From Dimorphilus gyrociliatus (Eukaryota; Animalia; Annelida), in assembly GCA_904063045.1 (NCBI GenBank), contig CAJFCJ010000037.1, forward strand, positions 82,151 to 146,150: a DNA stretch of 64,000 nucleotides, read 5' to 3'. The position numbers were made by a program, and so were the translations under genes. The stretch's first letter is position 1, and each line of letters opens with the position of its first letter. A model generated the notes under the pieces. The model saw only the letters and a program-made list of their open reading frames with translations, was not told the DNA's origin and did not search any database. Shown here piece by piece: positions 1 through 11,289 of the stretch.

Positions 1-1
1 A

Positions 2-703
2 ATGAATTTTTATAGTTGTATCATTTTGAGTCAAACTATCTTCCTGTTTATTGCCATATCATCATTTACATTAACATTGATATTATTTGAAAATTTTTTG
101 GCTGTTATCATGCCATTAAATTTTCACAAAATATGGACATTACAGAGAGGATTTATCCTTCTTTTTCTCATATGGTTTATTTGTCTTATCATTTCCTCAA
201 TTCCTGTTTTCATTTGGAATAAATATGAAATCATTAAGGAACAAAATACGACTCTTTACTGTGATTCTACAAATGTTGTTTCTTTTTCATATCTATATTT
301 TTGGACATTCAGTACTATAATACCAAATGCTATTGTCAGTTTGCTATTATATATTCCAATTCTCAGAGCAGTAAGGAAACACAGAAGAGCAATTTCTGAT
401 TTATCAAATGTTGATAGTTCAAGGTCAGAAGGAAGTAGTATTAAGGTCTTAACCAGTTTATTAATATATAATAACATCTTATTGGTTGTGCTACCCATAA
501 TTTCACTTGCAACTTATCACAAGAGTAAACAAATATTTTCTCTATCAGATGCAGAATTTAATTTATTGAAGGATTTGTTTGCAGCAGTTGCTGTCTCTAA
601 TTCCATAATAAATCCCCTTGTTCATAGCTATACAAAATTATCAGTTAGGCTTCAAACAAAGAAATTTTATAGAAACCTTTTTAAAAGGATTACTTGTAAA
701 TAG
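2..703 (+). CDS. Rhodopsin-class (family A) GPCR, 3' part (TM3-TM7), truncated by window start; probably LRR-ectodomain (LGR/GRL101-like) type
   Basis: Five hydrophobic segments, an ECL2 cysteine (LYCD), and a TM7 SNSIINPLVHSY motif (NPxxY-like). The paralog at 27048-29507 has LRR remnants upstream of its 7TM. Confidence 0.8.
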   Translation: MNFYSCIILSQTIFLFIAISSFTLTLILFENFLAVIMPLNFHKIWTLQRGFILLFLIWFICLIISSIPVFIWNKYEIIKEQNTTLYCDSTNVVSFSYLYFWTFSTIIPNAIVSLLLYIPILRAVRKHRRAISDLSNVDSSRSEGSSIKVLTSLLIYNNILLVVLPIISLATYHKSKQIFSLSDAEFNLLKDLFAAVAVSNSIINPLVHSYTKLSVRLQTKKFYRNLFKRITCK

Positions 704-904
704 TCAGAAGATATATCAATAGAAATCTACTTGGGAGTTAACAAAGGCATAAAGAACATGGAAAAAATGTATGTTAAAAAGTTGTTACATCTTTTTCAAT
801 ACCATATACTGATGAGGCAGGCCTGTTTACTGTGGCACATGTTTGGCATGTGGCCCTAATCTTAGCATTATATTTTACATGTGCCATATAACAGTATTTC
901 ATAT

Positions 905-1480
905 TTTAATAGGCATATTGGTGAATCATTTGAAGAAATATTTAAAGGATTAGAATCATCATCTGCTACTTTGCAAATGTTGAATGTTTGCGTCTGTCTT
1001 TTAAATGAAGATCAAGGCAAATCTTTGGGAAAATAGCTCAAAAAGTGTTTATATATAAAATACATAAATTTTACATCGAATGAGTCTATGAGTAGATCAT
1101 TTGAAGAAGTATTTCAAAGATTACAATTATTGTCACATTCTTTACAAAGCTTCAACATTATTAACTGTATTTTTTTGGGAAAATTACTTAAAAAGTCTTT
1201 ACATATAGAAAACATTGATTTGTCGAGAACTAGACATATTGGTGAATTGGTTGAAGAAATATTTGAAGGACTAATTTTCTTTGGTCACCTCAAAAAGACT
1301 TAATGTTCATGAATGTAACTTGAATAAAAAAACAAAAAAATACTCTGAGAAAATTAGATATAACTGTAAACTTTTAAAACAGTTGTTTTATTGAGGAATA
1401 TGCATATGGAAAAATGTTTCAAGATATTGTACTTTATTATATTGTAATTGTAGAAATTTCTAACTCTTCAGACTGTAATA
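905..1480 (+). pseudogene. Decayed RI-like LRR repeats (same family as 2689-4068)
   Basis: Reads NRHIGESFEEIFKGLESSSATLQMLNVCVCLLNEDQGKSLGK*LKKC...HIENIDLSRTRHIGELVEEIFEGL, with an in-frame TAG and frameshifts. 1430-1480 resembles the reverse complement of 49270-49330. Confidence 0.65.
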
Positions 1481-1863
1481 CTCTTTAACAAAGTGTTTTA
1501 TTTAAATGGTTTATTTCAAATAAAATACCTAATCTTGTAACTATATAAAAGTTGAATAGCAAAATAGATAGTTTCTAATAACAGGTTGCCATGTTAGCAA
1601 CCTAGTATACAATGTTGAAGGAGTTTTAAGGCTTGTGTCAGTGGAAGTTATTTCCAGTTGGTCTTTCCAGTTTTAGGTGAGATATTTGGAATGAAACAGT
1701 AAAGATTTATATTCATGAAGGTTTGTCTCTAATATTCAATTGCCACTTTACATGAAATGTCAGTAAATAGTTGATTCTTTCATTTTTGTTTTGGATTTCT
1801 ATTCTCAGCAAAGTTGACAGTTTAACATTGATTTACAGACCTTATGATACACACTACCTTAAG

Positions 1864-1901
<38 letters not shown>
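1864..1901. repeat. (TA)n microsatellite
   Basis: Near-perfect TA run, directly visible. Confidence 0.95.
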
Positions 1902-1949
1902 CAGTATATCGTTAAGTTGGTAGTTATTCAAAAAATTAGTGATGAAAAG

Positions 1950-2330
1950 AAAATGTCCAGAATCTAGGCCAAGTTTACCAAGTCTGAATAATAACTTTTT
2001 TCTGCTGTGTACCTTGGAATAGTTTGATACAGTGATGATCCTCCTTCCTTATGGTCCTCATTAATATCATAAGGAATCCATTTTGCACAGATTATTCTGT
2101 ACTTTCTTCACAAATGTATCAATTTTTTGGCAATTGCTCTCTGAGAAATAGTCCAATCATCTCTTATGAGCCTGTTCATTACAGTTGTCTTTGAATGATC
2201 ATGTCTTGACAAGTTTTCAAAATTTTGATTTCTCAGCACACAACACTTGTAAATATTAGCAGAATATCTCTGTTGAAAACCAATGCAGTCCGTGTTTTAG
2301 GATTACCCTTATAAAAATCTTTTACTGTCG
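1950..2330 (-). mobile_element. Mariner-like transposase relic
   Basis: Minus strand gives LIRDDWTISQRAIAKKL...RKYRIICAKWIPYDINEDHK, matching the mariner HTH and ARWVPHxL motif. Stops and frameshifts present; adjacent to a TA run. Confidence 0.6.
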
Positions 2331-2460
2331 GAAATCTATAAAATTCGTGTTAATACCTTAAACTTTCACACATTTTACAAAATATTAAATATTCTACAAA
2401 GAGAAATCTACATTTCAAATATAAAGTGAATGTAATAATATTTAGGCGTAATCCTAATTT

Positions 2461-2472
2461 CAAAATGGCGGC
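2461..2472 (+). promoter_or_regulatory. YY1/Pho-like motif (CAAAATGGCGGC)
   Basis: Matches the AANATGGCG consensus; an isolated GC-rich motif about 220 bp upstream of the LRR ORF. Function untested. Confidence 0.2.
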
Positions 2473-2688
2473 CATCAGTATATGATAACACAATTTTGAT
2501 TAAAATTTGACATTTGCTCAGATTCACTGAAAGAAAGTGATTTAGGAATATCTATTGTTAAACAAACAGAATGTTGTAGTGAGCCTTCAATAACAATGAA
2601 TAGTTAAATATTTATAATAAACTGCAAAAATCCTTAAATGCTTTGAACAATCTGGATTACGATAGTTGTTTTTTAAATTCTGAGCAAA

Positions 2689-4068
2689 ATGTCGAGAATA
2701 AAAACAACAAATGGTTTGATGACTATTTGCAAAGGACTCAGATTCTCTTCAAATACATTAAAGATTCTTGATTTACGTTTGTGTGACTTAAGCGATAAAC
2801 AAGGGACAGAGATTGGAAAATTACTGGAATATTGTTGCAGAATACAAACAATAAATCTATGTGGTAATGAAGAGATGGATAATGGAATAATAAATGTTTG
2901 TGAAGGACTTAAAATGTCTTCAAGTACTTTGAAAAATCTTAATATACAATGGTGTAATTTAAATGAAGAACACAGTACAGAGGTTGGAAATTTGCTAAAA
3001 CATTGTTCCAGAATTGAAACAGTGAATATAAGTTCAAATAGAGATATGGGTAATGGTATATTAAATATTTGCCAAGGGCTTAAAATGTCATCAAATAGTC
3101 TGCGGAATCTGGATTTAGAATGGTGTAATTTAAATGAAGAACAAAGTAGGGAAATTGGAAAATTATTAAAACATTGTTTTAGTTTAGAACTAATAAATCT
3201 GTCTGGGAATGAAGGGATGGGTAATGGAATAAGGAATATTTGTGAAGGACTGCAAAAGTCATCTAACACTTTGAAAAGTCTTCTTTTCAATAATTGTAAT
3301 TTAAGTGAAGAACAGAGTAGAGAAATTGGAAATTTACTAAAAAATTGTACAAGAATAGAAACAATAAATTATTGTGGAAATGCAAATATGGGTAATGGAA
3401 TATTGGAAATTTGTATAGGACTGGAAATGTCAACATCTACTTTGAAAAATATTGATTTCCAATGGTGCAATTTAAATGAAGAACAAAGTAAAGAAATTGG
3501 AAATTTGTTAAAACTCTGTTGCAGATTAGAAGGTATAAAACTTTGTGGGAATACAAAGATGGATAATGGACTAATGAATATTTGTGAAGGACTTAAAATG
3601 TCTTCAAACTCTTTGAAGAATCTTGATTTGCTTGCATGTAACTTAAATGAAGAACAAAGTATAGAGATTGGTGAATTGTTGAAATATTGTTTTAAAATAG
3701 AAACAATAGGTCTGTCAGAGAATACAGAGTTTGGTAGAGGATTATGGAATATTTGTGAAGGACTCAAAATGTCATCAAATTCTTTAAAGACTATCATGTT
3801 TCAGTGGTGTAGTTTAAATGAAGAACAAAGTACAGAGATTGGAAAATTGCTTAAATATTGTTCCAGAATAGAAATAGTATTCCTATGTGGGAATGCAGAG
3901 ATGGGCAATGGATTTTTGAATATTTGTAAAGGACTCCAAATGTCAACAAATACTCTGAAGAAACTTGATTTAAAATGGTGTAATTTGAATAAAGAACAAA
4001 TTGAAGAGATTGAAAATTTGTTAAAACGTTGCATCAAAATAAAAGATAAAAACTTATTTGGGAATTGA
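2689..4068 (+). CDS. Ribonuclease-inhibitor-like / NLR-type leucine-rich repeat protein, about 8 tandem 57-aa (171-bp) units; may be a truncated fragment
   Basis: Intronless 459-aa ORF of units like NGIxNICEGLKMSSNTLKNLDLQWCNLNEEQSxEIGNLLKHCSRIETINLSGNxxMG (alternating 28/29-aa RI-type repeats). No NACHT domain or signal peptide is visible. Confidence 0.8.
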   Translation: MSRIKTTNGLMTICKGLRFSSNTLKILDLRLCDLSDKQGTEIGKLLEYCCRIQTINLCGNEEMDNGIINVCEGLKMSSSTLKNLNIQWCNLNEEHSTEVGNLLKHCSRIETVNISSNRDMGNGILNICQGLKMSSNSLRNLDLEWCNLNEEQSREIGKLLKHCFSLELINLSGNEGMGNGIRNICEGLQKSSNTLKSLLFNNCNLSEEQSREIGNLLKNCTRIETINYCGNANMGNGILEICIGLEMSTSTLKNIDFQWCNLNEEQSKEIGNLLKLCCRLEGIKLCGNTKMDNGLMNICEGLKMSSNSLKNLDLLACNLNEEQSIEIGELLKYCFKIETIGLSENTEFGRGLWNICEGLKMSSNSLKTIMFQWCSLNEEQSTEIGKLLKYCSRIEIVFLCGNAEMGNGFLNICKGLQMSTNTLKKLDLKWCNLNKEQIEEIENLLKRCIKIKDKNLFGN

Positions 4069-4769
4069 AAGATGAGTAATGGACTATTTGAATAATTGTA
4101 AAAGATTTCAAAGATTCTAAGGTAATTTTGAAGAGACATTGACCTTATGCAAAAGTATGTCAAACCTAGCAGATCTCTATTATTAGTGCTATCAGGACTA
4201 GTTCAACACTACTTTTCTATTGTAGAATAGAGCTTAAAAATACACATGTACAATTTATCTGGACTTGTTTGAATAACTATTTAACATGCATTTGTAAAAC
4301 CCTAACCCTAAATAGCAAGATTGTACAATAAATAGTAAACAAGTATATTCTTTTAGTAATGAATTGAAATACTACAGCAATTTTTCAAAAAAGTTGATTA
4401 ATGTAATAAACAAGATTAGGGAGAGACAAGAGACATGTATTTTTGTTACACATATTTCAACTTTCTCTTTATTTTGTGAAAACTGCGAGATTACAAAATC
4501 AAGATTAATCTCTTATTATAACAGATTTATTATATGATAGAAATAGGAGATGAAAATTGAAGATTCTTTGTTGTTAGATAAATAAGGTGATTTGTTTTTT
4601 AAATACTATATCAATAGTCTTATCTTAATATTTAGAGAGTAATTTTATCATATCAACAAGATTCCATCCTACTATAAGGTCTACAATGTCTTATAAACAG
4701 TGCAGTTCGGATAATAATAAATATGACACACCATGGTTTTCAAAAACTAATGAATGAGCTCCTGATAAA

Positions 4770-5132
4770 AATATCACAGTTCCCCCAGTTTTGTTGATTG
4801 TCAAATTTATTATCATTGCCAAAATGGCATTGGTTGGCCTCAAACCTGTCCGCCTGGTCACTTTTATGAACCAAAAATGAATTCAAGAGGGTGTACAATG
4901 AGTATGTACTTACCCAAAAAGGAGGCAAACTGTCGTACTGCAGGTAGTTGGGTCTAAGTTGTCAGCAGGGGGAGATTGTGAAACCATATGTGGTGAAGAA
5001 GAAATTCAGACTAGAAGGAGAAAGTGTGAAAATTCACCTCCATCTAATGGTGGAGATGACTGTCCAGGTGTTTCAATTGAGATAAGGTCATACATGAATC
5101 CAACTGTACAGAATATGAATATACAACTTTAA
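4770..5132 (+). pseudogene. Chitin-binding type-2 (peritrophin-A) + thrombospondin type-1 pseudogene fragment
   Basis: DCQIYYHCQNGIGWPQTCPPGHFYEP (CBM14-like), then a frameshift at the WxxW motif (~4950), then GDCETICGEEEIQTRRRKCENSPPSNGGDDCPG (TSP1). Confidence 0.7.
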
Positions 5133-5505
5133 TGGTTTCAATGAAAAGGTCTGTCCAGTTGAACAAAGGCAAAGTTAAATGGAGTTCAGTTGATTTAAAT
5201 ATTAATAATCTCCTGGAAAGTAGGTGATTAGGAAAGTTTATTGAGAATTACTGAACTAAATGCTATTTGCTTCCTAATCACTTAATAACTACCTGTATTG
5301 TGCAATATATTTTTACCCATTGCTTGAATTGTTAAGTAAAGTTTTTGTTAAGAATTTTATTTGTAATGTGTTTTTCACTTGAAAATATTTCATTACATTC
5401 ATATTGAAAAAAATTTAGTTTGGGAAGAAATGAATCATTTTTTGTGCATTCCTTATAAAAGCTTTTGATGATAAGACTTTGTGTTAAAGGAAGTTTAGCT
5501 ATAAA

Positions 5506-6217
5506 ATGAATTTAATATTTGTGAATTTTCTTATATATCTCATAGTTTTACTTTCCTTTGCCAAAGGTTAGTTTTTTATTGTTTATCAAATAATTAAATA
5601 AAAACCTTATAATTCATTTTCTTTGTTGCAAAAACAAAAAAAAAAAGGTAAGATTGTATTTTGGCAATGCGACTTTGAAACAGATAATTGTTTACTGGAA
5701 ACAACTGTACCAGATGATCTAAGAATTTACAAATTTCGTAGAGGACACTTAAATTCATCTTTAAACTCTACAGGTTTTTACATTATTAATCAATGATTAA
5801 TTGTCTTTGTGTTATAATAATAACAATTTTTAGGAAAATGCATGTACGCAAAACAGAATAGTTCTTTTATCAAAGAAGCTTATCTATATTCGAAAAAATT
5901 GAAAATTCCAATAATTTCTACAATTTTTCTATGTTTAAAATTTGATCTTCTTCTAACATCTTTCACTGATAAACTATATATTTACGCATTGAAGAATGGA
6001 CGTGTTTTACAAGTAAAAGTCTTTTCTGCAAGTTATTCTGATTATAAAAAATGGATTACAAAAGAAATCAGTTTAAATGGCAATTTTGATCAGGTTTGAA
6101 TGAAATATATACAGTCTACAATAAAAATATCAATATAATCAAGTCTGAGAGGTAACTATCCAACAGGAAGCTTATTACTAGATAGTCTTGATTTGTCATC
6201 TAACTGCTATATTGTCA
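5506..6217 (+). CDS. Signal peptide + MAM domain exons (possibly the 5' end of the downstream MAM/SPH gene; lesion near 6094-6141)
   Basis: Exons 5506-5566 (MNLIFVNFLIYLIVLLSFAK), 5648-5773 (WQCDFETDNC) and 5834-6093 (CMYA...CLKF...KKW) splice in phase. The MAM C-terminus (SLRGNYPTGSLLLDSLDLSSNC, 6142-6207) cannot be joined without a stop. Confidence 0.55.
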
Positions 6218-6716
6218 GTTGGTCTAGGATTCATCAATGATGAAAACATCTATTTTAGCCATTGCTGATAGACATCCACCTCCCTATTCATTTAAAATTT
6301 TGTGGATGGTGTTTTTCAGCTCTTTTTATAATCATTTGATAAGCTTTTTCTTCCTTAAAGTCTTTGACAGTCTTTTCTGATAAGGAATTTTGATTTTTCA
6401 ATTGATCTAGGTCATCTTGTTCTTTTTTTCCCCCCTTGTCAGCTATCTCATTTGTGTATAGACATCAATACAGATATTTACGGTGTAGACTGTATATGTA
6501 TACTATATTTAATATATTGTATAAAACAGCTATTCACTTTTTATAGTGCATTATCAAAGCTGAAAAAGTCACTGAAAGTGATTCTATAGTGGCTATTGAC
6601 AATATTGAAATAAATAGTTGTTCAAGTATGTTTGAATTATTTAATTATTTTCTTGAAATTAACTGAAAGATATGGATTAATTGTTATTTGTTTTGTTTTG
6701 TTGTTTGTCATTATAG

Positions 6717-9700
6717 ATGATTTACCTACACTTTCTCCTCCATCTTCCCTATCAGTAAAGTTGAATTGTAACTTTAACTTGAAAAATTTCTGTCAATACT
6801 CCCAGCAAACCAATGGAAGTAGTTGGCAAATAAATGATCCAACTATACACTATTTACCACCTTATCAGGATGTAAGTAAAACAGGTAAATATATATAGTT
6901 TCCATCAATCATTAAAACTAATCTATATTTATCATTAAAGGACATTTTGCTCACATTAACTCTTACTTTTGTAAGAATGGAGTTATTGAAAGTTTCCACA
7001 GTCCTCTAGTAACAATCAATGAGAAAGGATGCAAATTTTCATTCTATTACTTTATAAGTGGTAATAATGTTGCAAATGGTATAAAAATCTATACAAAAGG
7101 TAAGGGAAATCAACAAAATTTACTATTGGATAATCCAAGCTCAAGTGGAAATGGATGGATTAAGAGAACAGTTGATCTTCCAGTTGGAAGCTATAATGTA
7201 ATTTTTGATATTTTTAAAAAAGGATTGACAAAAGATTAAATCTATTTTAAAAAATTGGTTATAGATAATTTTTGAACGAGAATGTAAATGGTTCAGTAGT
7301 TATTCATTTGCCATTGATCAACTTAAAATGGAAAGCTGTAAAGTAGGGTCAGAAGAATCAACAGCAGCAACAACAGCAGCAACATCAACTGTAAGACCTA
7401 TTGCTAATAGTAAGTATTAGTAGTGATTTCTTTGATATGCTCAATAAAAATTTTAAGTAATTGGTTGATTAAACAATACAGAATATCCTCCCGAAAGATT
7501 GCAATGTACATTTGAGAAAGGATTTTGTAATTATACACAAAAGTCTAGTTTTAATTGGTCAATTGGCACAAAAACACCTTCATTAGAAACTGGCCCGCAA
7601 CAGACATATTTTGGTCAATTTGTCTATTTTGAGGCAAGCTATGCCTATGAGACAGATGTTGCTATTCTAGAATCTCCAATTGTCTATATAAATAAGAAAA
7701 TTTGTTTATCATTTATATATAATATGTATGGAGAAGATATGGGTCATTTTCTTGTCTCATTAGTCACTTTAGACAAAAATAAACAGATAATAGTTGGTAA
7801 TGAAACTCTTCTATATAAACATGAAAATCAAGGAAAGCAATGGCTAAAATTTTCACATACAATCCATGGAAATTCTTCTAAAATTGTGGTAAGATTCAAA
7901 AAAGAAATATTTCAAATATATTCGATTGTTTTTCAATTGTCATTAAACAAAGCAGTATCAGAGATTGCTGTTCTATGGATTTTATAGTAAAGGCTATACA
8001 GGAGATATTGCTTTTGATGAGATTAAAATAGCTGATGGAGTTTGCCAAACATCAAAACCAGGTTGAGACTATTTTTTGATTGTTAATTAATACTACTTTA
8101 TTCCTTTGGGGTTATTTCTTCAGATATTGATATTAATAAGCCACTTTGCGGTAGAACTGGTAATATTAGTGCAGTAAAAAATGCTTCAATAGCAGACTTT
8201 CCATGGCATGTATGATAAAGTTTGGTTTGTTTTTTTAAAGTATTTTATACAACACTTGTTCTAATTTAAAGGTTTGGATATATGGACTTATAAACAGTAC
8301 CTATTACATTGTATGTGAAGGAGCAATTGTTCATAAAAGATTTATTCTAACTACTGCAGCTTGTGAACTTGATAGGTAAAAAGAAAAATTGTTATATTCT
8401 CTCTTAAATACAATTTTTCTCTATTTGTTGAATTTTTCATTCAAAATTTTAGATATACAAAATTCTCAATTATTGCTGGATCTTCAAAGAGATATAGTGG
8501 AAAAGCATACTATGGAGAAAAGTTTATAAAACACTCAAAGTATAGCCATCTTCCAATTAATTATAATCTAGCTCTAATAAGGTTGGAAAAGGAGATTGAA
8601 TTCAGTGATAAAATTAACCCTGCCTGCTTAATTGAACAAAATCTGAATGGAATGGAGGAATATGAATGCTATGTTACAAGTTATGGAACATTAAGTAAGA
8701 ATGATAAAAGAGATGATTGTTTTTTTGTTTCTTTTTTAAATATCATTTTTGTATTTAAAGAGCCAAAAATTCTTACTTATAACCTTACAAAACTGCAACA
8801 AAATCTGGTTAATGAACAACAATGCAAGGAGTCTTTCTTCATCAACTATACTTTATATCCGGAAACGCTTTGTGCAAAATCTTCCAAGACTTCTCAAAGT
8901 CAATCTATCTATGTACACAATTTTTGATAGTATTTTATTAAGATAAAAACTTAATATCCATCTTTTTGTTATATCATTTTGCAGTACGATATAGGATCTC
9001 CATTAAGTTGTAAAGTTAATGGAAAATGGTTTGTTGGAGGAATTTTACAGAATTCGACCAAATTGTATAAAAATGGTTTAATATTATATTCACAAACTGG
9101 AAAAAATTACAGATGGATAGAGAAGACTATAAAAAATAATATTAACATCAAGTTAACAAGACCAACTGTTCCACCTTCACCTATGACTCAAAAACCTAAA
9201 ATTAGGCCTACAGTTGGACTCAATCATAAAAATTGCGGTGTTCTAGGTAGTAGTCCATTAATTATTGGAGGAAGAAGGGTTACCTCTGCAGGGGAATTTC
9301 CATGGCAGGTAAAATTTTAAATTGGGGGAAGTAGGTGGAGATGAAAAGTTCATTTTAGTAAAAATACTACAATATCCTATATATTAGGTACAAATAATAC
9401 AAACAACATATACAAACAACTTTGTTTGTGGTGGAATTCTTATTCATGAACGATTTGTACTTACAGCTGCTTATTGCGTACCACAGTTCGTTTTTTATTT
9501 TTTACCATTTGTTTTAAATTTTAAATGTCATCAGACATAGTTGTTTTATTAATTAAGGATATCTGTTCAGAGCAGTAACCTTCATTGTAAAATTGGGATC
9601 TACTAAATTATACAATGGAAAACAATATAATGTGACAAAAATCCATATCCATCCAGACTATAATGAGATTTTTAGCCAGAATGATATAGCCATACTAAAA

Positions 9701-10292
9701 TTGGATAGAGCTGTTAAAATGTCAGATTCAATCAACACTGCTTGTTTAGATAATCAACCTCTAACTGGTAATGAAGACTATAAATGCTACACTTCCGGTT
9801 TTGGATATTTATCACAAAATTGTAAGTGTAAAATTATTTTTCAAACATAAAATAATAAATGAGAATTTTGAAATAATATTATTTTTTTTTTAATTTTAGC
9901 CACAGATGCTAGTTCTTATTTGATGAAAACTAAAATTCAATTGAAAACACAACACATTTGTGCTAATGAAATGATTAAGAAAGCTAATAAGCAAATAACA
10001 CTATTAAATTATCCAGAAAAAATCTGTGGGTATGGTATTGAAACTGCTGATTCTCAAATTTGCTATGTAATTGAAATTATCTTTTCAATATGTATATATA
10101 TCATTTAATATAAATTTCTTTTAGGGTGATGGTGGAGGTCCTCTATCCTGTAATATTGGTGGGAAATGGACAGCAAGTGGAGTAGCTAGCTTGATTATTA
10201 TAGGGTGTCTACATGGAAAATCTATATTTTCCCAAACAGCAAGCCAATACAACTATATTAAAAAAGTTATTGAATATGAAGAAAACATGTAG
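6717..10292 (+). CDS. Multi-exon MAM-MAM-serine protease homolog x2 (both trypsin domains non-catalytic)
   Basis: About 14 exons with short GT-AG introns. MAM motifs CNFNLKNFC and CTFEKGFC...GYTGDIAFDEI. Domain 1 has TTAAC/NLAL/YDIGSP; domain 2 has IIGG...TAAYC/NDIAIL/GDGGGP. Stop TAG at 10290-10292. Confidence 0.85.
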
Positions 10293-10689
10293 ATGAATGA
10301 TATTCTTAATAATAAATTTCATTTAAATTCTTATAATCTCTCTCTCTCTCACTAATTTTTATAGACCTAATGAAAAATGTGGAAATGATTATGCATAATT
10401 TTCAAAAAGTATATATATATATATATAGTATAAAAGACAGTTTGCAACCAATTCTAAAACAAATACAACCCATCTCTTCAATATTGACTCATTCAATTTA
10501 TCACAAACCTACAAGTAGATTAGAAGCTATTTATATTTTGATCAGAATGTAAAGTTCCATTATGCTAATTCCTAGAAAATAAAAGTTATTTTAATGTTCT
10601 ATCATGTCTAATGTCTAAATATCATTATTTCCAAGAATTTTGAAAAATTTTCACAAACATCATGTTTACATTCCAAAAAAGATTTTCCT

Positions 10690-11000
10690 TCGGATAGGAC
10701 AGAAAATGACCCCAAATGCATTGCTTTACCCTGAGTTATCCTTTGTGAATCACTAACCTTTTTATTACCCCAAATTTTTCAATGGAACCATTCTAACTTC
10801 AAATCAATAAATACTTTTTTCAAATATCCTCTTGGGATAATTTTCTATTAATTCATTTTCTTTCTTGCCAAAAACTCTAATCCAGCCAATGTTCGTTTAG
10901 AGAAAGCATTTCTGTTCTTGAGCAAATGTTTGACTCTTGTAAGCCTATGCTTGCCTCATGCGAAACCAGAGAATGGATGCATTAATGTGGGAAATAATCT
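10690..11000 (-). mobile_element. Possible Tc1-like transposase relic
   Basis: Weak minus-strand motifs KHRLTRVK/FAQEQK and CIWGHF among many stops. Confidence 0.25.
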
Positions 11001-11289
11001 CACCTTTCAGAGTTGAGAAGTGTCACAGAATTGGTGTTACAGGAAAATTAAAAAAAGACTAAGTCATATTTGGAATTAAAATGATCAAGGTTTAAAAAGT
11101 TACCTTGATTTTTCAACACAAGAAATAACTCTCTCTTTGTTTATCTTTGATCACGTGATGTATGGTAACTGATTGTATAACTGCTCAAGATTTTTGAATA
11201 ATGGCATTTTATCAAGTTTACATTGCAAAGAACATGGCATATTAAAAAAGTGACAATAAAAATATTATTGACTTTGATAAATAAAATGT

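Noticed and set aside
2673-3797. Long antisense ORFs (2673-3290, 3369-3797) and 3801-4163
   Set aside because: Shadows of the 171-bp LRR repeat on the opposite strand; they inherit its periodicity and have no independent motif.
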